A stretch of DNA of 64,000 nucleotides, taken from positions 53,568,001 to 53,632,000 of the forward strand of contig OZ365109.1 of assembly GCA_977030845.1 (NCBI GenBank), in the 5' to 3' direction. This document shows positions 49,985-60,746 of this stretch, in pieces. The stretch's first letter is position 1. The number at the start of each line of letters is the position of its first letter. The notes below the pieces were generated by a model. The model was not told the DNA's origin and did no database searches. It worked only from the letters and a program-made list of their open reading frames with translations. Origin of the DNA: Fimbriosthenelais zetlandica (lineage: Eukaryota). The translations under genes were made by a program, and so were the position numbers.

Positions 49985-52900
49985 TTACTGCATTGGCTGT
50001 TCTGGGAAGTTAACAATATCATGTCCATATTTGGTTGTGATTCTTAGTGCCTTGCCACTCAAGGAATCGTCCTCCACGAAGTTGATCATTCCTTCTGCTA
50101 CAGATTCAGGTCTGAAAACAAAAAGTACATAATCATCAGAATAGTACATAATCATCATTCATGCTGTATACGGTATATTGACCATTTTATATATAGTTAG
50201 CGAAAAATTGTAGCCTGACGCAAGCAGGCATTTTGATGACCTAGCATTAGTAGCAACCAATGTGACAAGGTCTCAATACTAAATTTATGCATAGAAACAA
50301 GACCCTTTCATATAACACATTAATATATTTTAAATAGAAACTTACGTGATCTGCACAACATTCTCATGTACATCTACTTTGTTTTGACTGTGGTAGGCCC
50401 GTTCAGGGTTTACAAATTTGAGGAACTCAGTGGTGACCGTGGTAGGGCAAATACAGTTGAATCTTACCCCAGTCACTTCCACATTCTCAGCCAACTGAAA
50501 ACGTCATGCAAAGAAGGTATAGTTCTACATAATGGGTGATAAATGTGACTTGAGCGTATATAAATTTGGCCCAAAAGGCGGTGAATATTGCAACTAGCAA
50601 ACACTCCCTCCCCATAAATTCGAGGTTCTAGCCATATCTTTGAATAAATCTAAATTATGGGAAAGTCACGTGGCTACAGCTAGGTGGCGCTAGTAGGCCT
50701 ATCTCCAGCATAGATACCATGGAGGCATAGGCCTAGCCTACCAATTGCCAACAGCACAGTGTAGGCCTCACTTTTCTTTATGTCATTTCCTTTTTGTATT
50801 TTCCTGAACCTGACTCAGATCTTCTTCTCTCGCCCATGTTCCCTTTCTCTGGGCCTATATGCCAGGTAACTAAAGTAGGCCTACTTGTAAGTAGAAATAA
50901 TGCAGGCGAGTTCCCCATAGGTTGTAGTGCGATCACCCCACCACCGGCAAACCTGGGAACTAACTGTCAATGCTCGGCGTTTTTAGATTTAGGCCTATGA
51001 AAATACCTAACAACGGCCTACGGTACATGAACCAAATTCATTGAAATCCGTCGGTAGATCTCCATGAAGAATTCATTGCATGCAAAAGATTAGATGTAGC
51101 TTACTGTGTCTAAAAGCCTGTAAAAAGTGAGAGACTCGAAGCGGTGTTGTGAGCCATAATAGGGGATTTGGCCGATGGGTCAGAACGAGTTGACCGTCCG
51201 GTGGCGCCCTCGCGACCTATACGACAGACGAAGGAACTAGACTAAGATTCAGACGCTTTCAGCCCCATGCGACGACACCACCACCGGCAAAACTGGGAAC
51301 TAATGGTCAATAATGGGTCATCTCGTGAAATGATTAGACGGCGTTTGTCGATCTAAGAAAGCACCCAAATGAGCCAAAACTGAAATTCATCGGTAGATTT
51401 CCATGACGAATTTATCGCATCCAAAAGAACAGAGCTACGCTGGCCTATAACAAGATGGAACATGCCACCACCCCTATTTTCGCTCACTGACATCGGCATT
51501 TCAGCCTTATGGTAAGTTTTACAACCACTAAATTAACAGGCCGCTGAGGCTACTAAACTTCTCCTAACCACAGCTAAAATTTAGCACTAACTCCTATGGC
51601 AGGAGCAGGTTGATTGCAATTGGTAGGTTGGTTAGTAAGACGGCCAGGTGACCGGAACATGCACCCTCCTGCCCAATACTGAATACTTTCACTGGATTCA
51701 CCAAAGTCAATTAAAATGCAGCAATTTTACTTACGCCCCAGCTGAGTGTATAACCGAGAATGGCATATTTTGTCGCAGAATAAACAGGTCCCCAGTACTC
51801 AGGTCTGAGTGAGGAGATTGAAGCTGTGTTAACGACCACTCCACCATTCCCTCCATTACCTTTACTCATGTACTTTAAAGCTTCGTTTGTCGTCCGGATT
51901 ACCCCAGACTGAAATACACCAATTATACAATCAAGCTTTTATCCCTGTTGTATAGTCAGAGACCTTATATTTAGGCTAGTATAAGGTCTCTGGTATAGTC
52001 AAGAGGTCGTGTCTTCATTATATAGTCCATGCAGGGATAAGTGGCTAAAAACATACACGATATGCTATGCTGTATGGAGGATATCACAGTATATAATTAT
52101 ATCTTGATATAGATATGCCTATTTTTTACCAGGTTGATATCGAGACAATTCTGCCATTGATATTCATGAATAATCCCAGCGTTGTGTATCGCAATATCCG
52201 GACGAGCATATTTTCCCATGGCGCATTTAAAGACTTCTAAAAATCAAGAAATCAGTATTTAAATAACAATACGACTGCTTTTAACATTGGAACATAGATA
52301 TCTGCCCTGTCATAAATATTCTTAGAATTATAGTAGAAAAATGTAGGCCTAAATATAACCAATTAGGCCTATCCATTGGTCCATGGCACAACCAACTGCC
52401 ATTGAATGTGCGTAGATGGTAGGCCTAGTTGGTTGTGCAATCAGCCAAATGAGCCAATCCAATTAAACTGGGTTATCGGATGTAAGCCATACAGACACAT
52501 AAGTATAGTCCTATTTCACAACATGCACTAATGTACGTATACTCCTAATTTCAACTAAATTGATAAACAAACATTTGTTCACCATTGCTGCCATTGCACA
52601 AAGAGCTAATTGAATGAACTCACCTTCAATGTCTTCATCCTTTGTATTGTCACATTTAACAAAGGAGCATTTATCTTTCCCATGTTTGGCACACAATTCC
52701 TCAACGGTTTTCAAACCAAGGTCTCCTTGGATATCACCCATTACAACCTGAAGATGGATCTTTAATATTATTACGATGTGAGTGTGACAACATATTTAAA
52801 CCTCATATAGTAAATACCTCACCGTAAAGTGCTGCCAAGATAAGAACAGTGGGCCAGAGATGAACTAAAATATGGCTCCCTGTATACATAAGGAAAAATC

Positions 52901-53029
52901 AGGCGATAGATCCACATTATACCTACAAAGGCCTACCTTAGCTCCTTTACTTAAGAGAGCCTCACAGTAGGCGCGACCTATGCCTTGGGCCCCTCCAATT
53001 ACAACTGCGACTTTCCCGTCGATTTTCAT
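49985..53029 (-). CDS. HPGD: 15-hydroxyprostaglandin dehydrogenase [NAD+]-like short-chain dehydrogenase/reductase, 257 aa, 6 exons
   Basis: Exons 53029-52937 (93), 52747-52624 (124), 52236-52130 (107), 51908-51735 (174), 50494-50346 (149) and 50111-49985 (127), all GT-AG and in frame. Motifs: GGAQGIG, acidic D after beta-[22 protein letters not shown]. The first three exon sizes equal those I recall for human HPGD. It may be a paralog rather than the true ortholog. Confidence 0.9.
50677..50692 (+). promoter_or_regulatory. CTCF-like motif in intron 4 of the HPGD-like gene
   Basis: CAGCTAGGTGGCGCTA resembles the CCAC(C/T)AG(A/G)(G/T)GGCGCTA core. It may simply be part of a repeat element. Confidence 0.3.
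50935..51430. repeat. Diverged direct repeat with ~340-bp period (probable non-autonomous element) in intron 4 of the HPGD-like gene
   Basis: CCACCGGCAAA.CTGGGAACTAA..GTCAAT at 50941 and 51281; CGGTAGAT.TCCATGA.GAATT.AT.GCAT.CAAAAGA at 51052 and 51391. Confidence 0.75.
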
Positions 53030-54290
53030 CCTGGCAAATATCTGCAAGTTTTAGTGGATATCAGTTTAGATACACTTGGGGTGACCCCCATTAAAATGGG
53101 AGGACTCTGTGATTGTTGTCACTCAAAATTGGGGCAATATTGAAAGCCCATTTTCATAGACATAGGGCGGAGCCCCCTCCCCTTTCCAAAACATCCTGGC
53201 TCCTCAATAAGATAATAGATTATAATACACGTGTAACGTACAGTAGCTCTATGCATGTAGGTTAGACGTCAATAATATTATTATTCAATAACGTTAATCT
53301 GCATACATGTAGGCGACCTCATGCGACTCGTGACACAGTTAGGGTCCGGGGTCTACTATTTTGGTTGCTATCCCCGCAATAAAATAAGTCTACAAAATAA
53401 CAAAGTTTTCAATACGAAGGCACATTCGGACCCTTCCATAATTAGGCCTACGCCTATAACCTAATGGCTAAGCTAAGCTTTAGGTCTATGTCAGGCAGGA
53501 CTAAAAGATGGAATTGCCAAAATTGAAGGAGTAGCTACGTACCGAGTGGGATGCTGTTCACCAAGTGTGCTATTTTAATGTAGAGAGGGTTTACCAAATC
53601 AAATATCGCTCACCTAGTTTCCACTATGGTAACTGCAGCGCCATCTTACAGAATTTGAGAGCTGCAGCAATCGTAGAGCAAATTATTGTAGGCCTATATG
53701 ATGGCATCACTAGCGCTGTTGATCCTATAATTATTATCCATGAAATATCAGTGCATAATCCTAATTCATATCGGGGCCTACTTTTGTTATAATAATTAAC
53801 CTATATTATTCTGGCCTACCTGCTGACCAAGTTCTGGGAATTCAGGTGGAGGATGTTCTCTCCAGAGAATGGCAATAGGCTAGCCTATAGGATAGAGATG
53901 GCCAAGAGATGGCCTATTATATATCTGCATCTTGTGGGGATCCAATGAATTAATTCTGCAATTAATCAGAATAATAGGGGTACCGATATCCTAATCCAGG
54001 AAGCAATCTTTCTTCTGTAACGGATATCAAGTGAAATTTAATACCTTCAGATAGTAGGACATTGGTTAAAAAACCGCCATTAATATATGAATAGCCTAAT
54101 AGACCTATACATCAATAATAATAATATAAAGAACAACGCAAACAAAAAGCTACCAATGCCACAGTTTAATATTTATCATTATACATTGATCATCGTCTCC
54201 TTGAACATAAACCTCAAAATGCCAATCATTTCCTGTATATAATCCTGGCTTATAAATAATGATTTTTGTTATTTCGCTTCCTCTCGTTCA

Positions 54291-55326
54291 TCAATGAGAG
54301 AGTGTGTTAACGCTGCAGAGATGGTTCATGCCATATGCCTGATACTGACGGAACTCAGAGATGGGAGGATTCTGTGTGCCCGCGGCACAATCAAACTTGT
54401 GAGCCTGGCCATGATCGCAAACCATGAAGGAGGTAGGATCTCCAGTATAATAGATACCTCGCACCCCATGCACACAGTTACCTAGAAACAGAGATGAATG
54501 GTCCCATATTATATGAATGATACAAAAAGTGATACACAATCCTATCAGTCAATTGACAATATGGAAATACAATAAATGAATAGGCGTACGTGTACTTTTA
54601 AAAATGATTAATGCCAAAGAGAGGAGCGATCCCTTATAATTCATATATCACAAAATCCTAAAATAGGAGAATGCAAATCTCTGGTGGTCGTAACTCTGAA
54701 AGTGATAAATGAACACTTTCCATGTCGGCCTAAGTACTCCCAATTGAAATAGTTTAATGTGAACATTTTCTATTATCTCTAGGTTCTCATGCCATTCAGA
54801 AGTTATCATCGAAGTAGAAAACAATTGATTGGAAGCTTTTTTATGAATGCCATCTAACGCCTTATGATCAATTAGAAGCTTACTGAGTATAAAAAGAAAA
54901 TTTAACATTGAACTTACCATTAAATGTGCCCAAATAATAGAAAGCACCACCTCCAAGATGAACTGGGGTACCACCAAATCCACGATAACTGAACTCGTGA
55001 TTGAAACCAAAACCGACCACTTGCTGCTCCTCCTGTTCTTCATGAGCCGTCTCCATCTCTACTTCCTTCTCTTCCATACTCTCTTCCATCACCACTGGTT
55101 CCTCCATTTCAGACGACTCGCTCTCTATCTCCACTGTCTCCACTGATTCCTCTACGGGAGCAGGAACCACTGCGGCTCTTACGGGTACGGGTACATAATA
55201 ATTGGCGTAAGGATAGGCTAGTCCGTATCTACCTCCATTAACGTGTTTGAAAGGGTATCCTTCGTAATGAGCCGAAACTGCTGCCAAAATGGCCAAAGAG
55301 ACAATGCAAAACACAAAGTTCCTCAT
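54291..55326 (-). CDS. Secreted Glu-rich protein with a C-terminal 4-Cys chitin-binding type-2 (peritrophin-A)-like module, 199 aa, 2 exons
   Basis: Exons 55326-54918 (GTAAGT donor, phase 1) and 54481-54291 (tctgtttctag acceptor). Signal peptide MRNFVFCIVSLAILAAVSA, then a Tyr/Gly-rich segment, a Glu-rich block, and CVHGVRGIYY..DPTSFMVCDHGQAHKFDCAAGTQN...LCSVN. Confidence 0.85.
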
Positions 55327-55398
55327 GTTGCTTGGTAGAAGATGTCGTCTGCTAGGACTTGATGTTTGTATGGAGACAGTAGTAGATGATGTGGTGGT

Positions 55399-55428
55399 GA
55401 AGTGACCAGTCCCTCCATCCTTTATATA
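55399..55428 (-). promoter_or_regulatory. TATA box and initiator of the Glu-rich chitin-binding-like gene
   Basis: TATATAAA (reverse complement of 55421-55428) with an Inr-like TCACTT about 25 bp downstream and about 75 nt before the ATG. Confidence 0.65.
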
Positions 55429-56332
55429 CTCAATGCAAGCTCATTCACTGGGCCTCTTGGTCACATGATAACTTTTTAAAAACGTTTTTGGACTGATTCC
55501 ACTGTGGTTGCGACCCTTTGACATCCAAGTCTATTGCCATTGTTTATATTGAGGAGCCAGCCACAATTGTTCATCAGGGGAGGTATTATAATGTTCGACC
55601 ATTCAGAGAGACAGGGGGCAGTATAAGAAATATTTTATTGGAAATGTATATATACTGCTTAAATCAAAATTTTATTGTGTTGGGATTACAATTAGCCATA
55701 GACATAAAATGAAGGGTCAATTATTTATACATGCCTCTATACGGTTGGCTATCACCCCAAAATTGTTCAGTATTTTTTCGGAGTTGTTTTTATGATGATT
55801 TAATAATTATGAACTGCCACAATTGATTAAATTTATTCAATGTTAATTAATCAATAATTATTGCTGCGAGCTCATCCCCTCAATATTAAACATGACTAAG
55901 CCCATTAGTGAGGGCCATGTCAGTGTATGGCATTATGGCATTGATGGTTCCATTCTCTGTAACACATACACGACCCCTGATATTGTAACCTGGCAAGGTG
56001 CACCGTTCCTCCATTGATGCGGGCCAGAGATCTAACTAGTCACTCTTGTCCAACATAGGACTTCTAGACGAGGGGCTGGAGGCGAGCGTGAGCGGTCAGT
56101 TAGTGGTCAGCCAGAAAAATGACCACGGCTCATGCAATGTTGATACAACAAGGCATTGATGAGGAAGCAATTAGACTTTCTGGAGAGAATGGGTGCTTGG
56201 ACTGGGAGGGGGAATGGTTAGTTTGTATATAAACTGGCAGCTAAATGCAATGTAACTAGTACATTGCATGAAGAAGGTATAGAGGAAAGAGGACCCAACA
56301 ATCTCTTGCACTTGGCATCCATATGACTATTT

Positions 56333-56451
56333 AGTGGATAGAGACCGGACGAGTGAAGCCTGTGCTTATGCCATCAATAAAGTCCAGTCGTAAGCCGAAA
56401 CTTTATTATGGGCATAAACACCTCTCATGACGAGTGAGGGCTCCATCCACT
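56333..56451. repeat. Nested imperfect inverted repeat (long hairpin)
   Basis: AGTGGAT/ATCCACT outer arms; GTGCTTATGCCATCAATAAAG (56362-56382) pairs with CTTTATTATGGGCATAAACAC (56401-56421). Confidence 0.7.
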
Positions 56452-58430
56452 TTAGTACAAGTTTGAGAGGTCGGATTTCCTTCCAGTGGATTATGGTCAC
56501 AATAATTCATCGTGATCTGAAGCAATAATAAACGGAAATCATTAGATCAGTGTACTAACATAAAATCAGTCACTTGCCTTATTAGTGGGGCTAACAGATA
56601 TTATCAATTCCAGGATAGAAGTTACTGCCATAAAGACTACCAGTTCATTGATTTGTAGGCCTACATTAATTTTTTCCCTTAATATTTTTTCATAACTTTA
56701 AAACCAAAAATGTACTACCATGCATTGGATTCTCAGACACAAGCCAATATCATTACAGATGTGAAGGAATGTGACTGGAGCAAATACTATAGTTTAGATA
56801 TATAAAAAATATCTCTTGGCAAGGAGTGTCCTGTCCAATTGAAAAAAGGCATGACATGTCGATTCATTCTATGACATGCAGAACTTAAAATATCATTTGT
56901 CCATGTTTTATTCGACATTTTTTCTTGGATTGTAATTTGTTTATATATTATATATATAGTTCTAGGTTCTTAGAATAAAACATGAACTAATGTTAATAAA
57001 GCCTTGACAAAAATTTATATTTTCTCCAGTAAGTCCAGGCTCTTTCACCTCACTTGCAGGGATGAAAAGTTGGATTTTTTATTTCTTGAAAAAATTCTTT
57101 AAAAAAAAAAGTATTTATTCACCAGACAGACCACTTCATCGGTCAATTTGGATTTAATTAATTCAAATATTTATCCAATGGATAACGCGTTACATTTGAG
57201 ATATCCTTTCGCAAATAAAATAGGATTTTAGCGGGAAAGGGAAAGTCTGGGGACGGCACCGCCGGAAGCTTCTGCCCTCAGGCCATTGGCAAATAATTGG
57301 GCTTGGGTCTGATATACAAGAGGAATGCCAAGTTATTGAAAGCGTGGCAAGCCAGTTAGTTTCAATGTGAGCTCTCTATAACTGTAATGCCCGGAAGGCG
57401 ACTAGAAAAAGGTCAGTAAAAAAAATGGTTCCCATTGTATGGTGGCGACCCCAGTGAGTTATCATAGCATGTGTAGATTTTATTTGTCTAATACACGTGC
57501 ATACTTGTAATTCTAAGTCTATATGTCTCCATATATCGCAATTGGGGAACGGAGTCTGTCTAAAATGTCAATCTGAGCCACCTCAGCGGGAAGACTGAAC
57601 CCAATCTCCGAATAGAATATTGTCCCGGGGCATGCACTCAAAACCAGTGTGGGTACCTCTGCTCTTCCCTTTTCTAAGGACAAAGTTATAACTTACCAAA
57701 AGCAAGGACAGTGAAATACCAGAATACATGTAGGTGTACCTTTCCTAATCAAACTCACCCTATGAAAAAGAGAAGGAATAATTGATGTTAATTAGGGACA
57801 AACACAATCAGTTATACCCACTTTAGTTCTAAGGGCCCCCATTATGACTAGTACAATTCAATTATATCCAAGCCGCATATAATCATAAAAAGACAAAAAC
57901 TTTCTTTCATTGAACGTTTCCAGCAAATCGCTTTATTTCATGACTTTTTTTATAGATATGATATGAACAAAATACAGACTAGACGCAATCATAAATTGTT
58001 ATATAGATGCGCAGGTTAACTTCTAAACTTCACAAAAACTATCAAACGGAAGGCATTTGTACAAACATACAATATAGATTGACAACTGGGACATCAACAT
58101 GTATAGATGATGTCATTAGGTCTATTATCGTCTATTGTGGCGTCATAATCGGGTGTCACGAGCCATTGCTTTGTGCAGTGACCTGGCAGGCAGTTGTGGT
58201 TTTAAAAAGTCTTCTTTGTGCTTTGCATTTGTGATATTTTGCAATTCAAGGCAGAGAAAATAAGGTGCCAACAGGAGATGTCATTTAATGTATCATACAT
58301 ATAAAATACTGCATTGTTCCTATCCGAGCTTATAAAAGAACTGGTAATATTAACTACTATTACAAACTGTTTAGGAAGCATTCTTCAGTTAGGTATCACT
58401 GCACTATTATGATGATATTTTAGTATAATG

Positions 58431-60746
58431 TTTATTGAACATTCAACACTCTACTTTAATGTATTCTTTATTCTACACAATTCTATACATGAGCGGCAGT
58501 CAATTGTTACTGGCAACAACTTCAGCTAACTGATACAGGTAATTGGTAATAAATGTCCATGGGAATAAGCCATACATAAGATTAGCAACTGTTTGCCTCG
58601 ATCAATCGCAACAAGTTGAATCTCAAAGTAGTTCAACAACTTCTAACCGTATTAATATCAATCTTTAGCAAAATAGAGAACATACAAGGCTGATATTGCA
58701 TAGGCTCAACCTCGATTTCTTCTTGGACACTGAACAAATTCCCTTCGTGTACGTAAATGTAAATAGTCATTTGAAAAAAAGCATGAACAAGCAATAAATC
58801 CACACTCAAAATGATTATGTACACATTGCCACATTCATTCCTACAGTACACTTTTTATACAACATACATTTATATCTGGGATTTTAGTTCTGCTGCTGTT
58901 GGAACTGAACAGTCTAAACAACTAAATACAGAGTATAACAGTCAATTGTAATTTCCATGATTTTTTCTTTTTTTGTTTCCCTACGAAGCACCAGACCACA
59001 GCAGCAGTAGCAAGCAAAAGGCAATTATATAATATCTCCATTCTGTGGTGAATAGTTGAACACACAAATCTATCTATTCTGGATAATGTTCTTATCAAAT
59101 ATTGATATTTCAAATATATAGAGGCGCAAAAATGCCAGACTGATGGTCAACTGATCACGAAGTGAACCCATGTGAAGGAAGTTGTAACAATACAATCTTT
59201 TATCCTTATTACTGAGAATAATTCCATTTTTCTTATTGTACGATTTGTACGACTGAGCACACACCTATTATTATATTAAGCTAACGTCGAGAACAGGAAA
59301 GTACAGATTATAGTGGTACTGGGACAATTCCTGTTGACAAGAGATTTACAAAATGATGATCGAAAAATGGTTACCATGGTCACTATAAAGTGGAAAGTGA
59401 AAACGCCAGCTAATGTCACAGCTCTCTTAGATATCACTAGTTATCAATGGTAACAAACAACTCAAGACATATACCCTTTTCACTCTAACAACTGAAATAG
59501 AAGAACGGGAGTCGACATCAAGATATCTACAAGTATGCAGGTACAGTTTGTTATAAGAAGAAGAAAGGAAAATCCATCAACGTTTCACAATAAATGGATG
59601 AGAGACAAGAATCCGTAACAAGATCCGCCATGATCCATGAAAAGAAGGAATGAATATACCGACAGAGGTGAAACAAAATTAAAAGACATTAAATTTTGTG
59701 AAAAGGGATATTCATGTAAGTAATGGGCCAGTAAGAATTACTGACTAATATAAAGCTCCAGGTGATTTTCGTAACCATCTTTTTCCATGTCAGAGAGACA
59801 TTATCAATTAACAACTGGAGGTGGTCAATGTTAATGTAAACTCTCAGGGAGCATACCTTAAAAATAATTAGCCAGGGAATATCATTGCCACCGACTTGAG
59901 TAGCTTCTCACATTTTTTGTTTCGAAATTTTCCAGCATTTCTTCCAAATTTTGTCAGCACCTTGAATCTTTTCGGGGATTTAGCCTTCATGACAAAACTA
60001 TCCAATCATCCCCTCTCTTATTGAACATTGCCAAATGGCACATTGTCATTGAGGTACGACCATATAAATCGTTCTTATAAAACTCCCAATTTTATAAAAT
60101 TTCTCCAAAATTGTGTTTACCAGTAGTGAAAATGTTGTAATGCTTTTGGTTCTTGTTCCATTATTCACATTGGACTCACAAAAGGAATTTGAATGTAGCA
60201 ATAGATTTAATTTGGAAGTGATCACAAGAATGACCTCAAGATGATATTAACGTTCACAAACGGAATCACCTAACAGCAATGAGACAATAAAGAGGGTATT
60301 CAGGTCAAATGTCACTAAGGGGAATATGGCATGAAACCTATCACCTACAACAGAGGTTGTATAGGGTATAAGAGTATACACGAGACTTCAGAAGATCCCG
60401 AAAGATGGTAATACAAGTGAGTTGAGACAACAACCCTAGCAGTAGATTTGTTAACTAACAACAGCACGGACTGTCAGGGGGGACTTTTTAACTGTTGAGT
60501 CCTTAAAAGGATCTGAGATCAAAAACCTGCCACAGAAGCAGCCATCACTGATGTCGCAGACATCCAATTGAACGTTATAGATTATAGGAGGGCCAGTGTT
60601 ATGGGAGATGATGGCAGGGTGAATGGAGGTAATCCATTAATACTCTAACACTATTCAGGGAGCCTGCTCTAACCTCCATCACAACTTATTCTTAATCCAA
60701 TACATTCTTCCCTACTAAACAACAACTACCAGACCTGAACTGGAAC
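58431..60746 (-). other. Probable long 3' UTR of the KIAA1217/SRCIN1-like gene
   Basis: U-rich on the - strand with no coding signal; AATAAA signals at 58431-58436 and near 58467. The true end is inferred. Confidence 0.35.

Noticed and set aside
54648-55146. ORFs 54648-55043 (-) and 54958-55146 (+)
   Set aside because: Alternate-frame or antisense overlaps of the chitin-binding-like gene and its intron.
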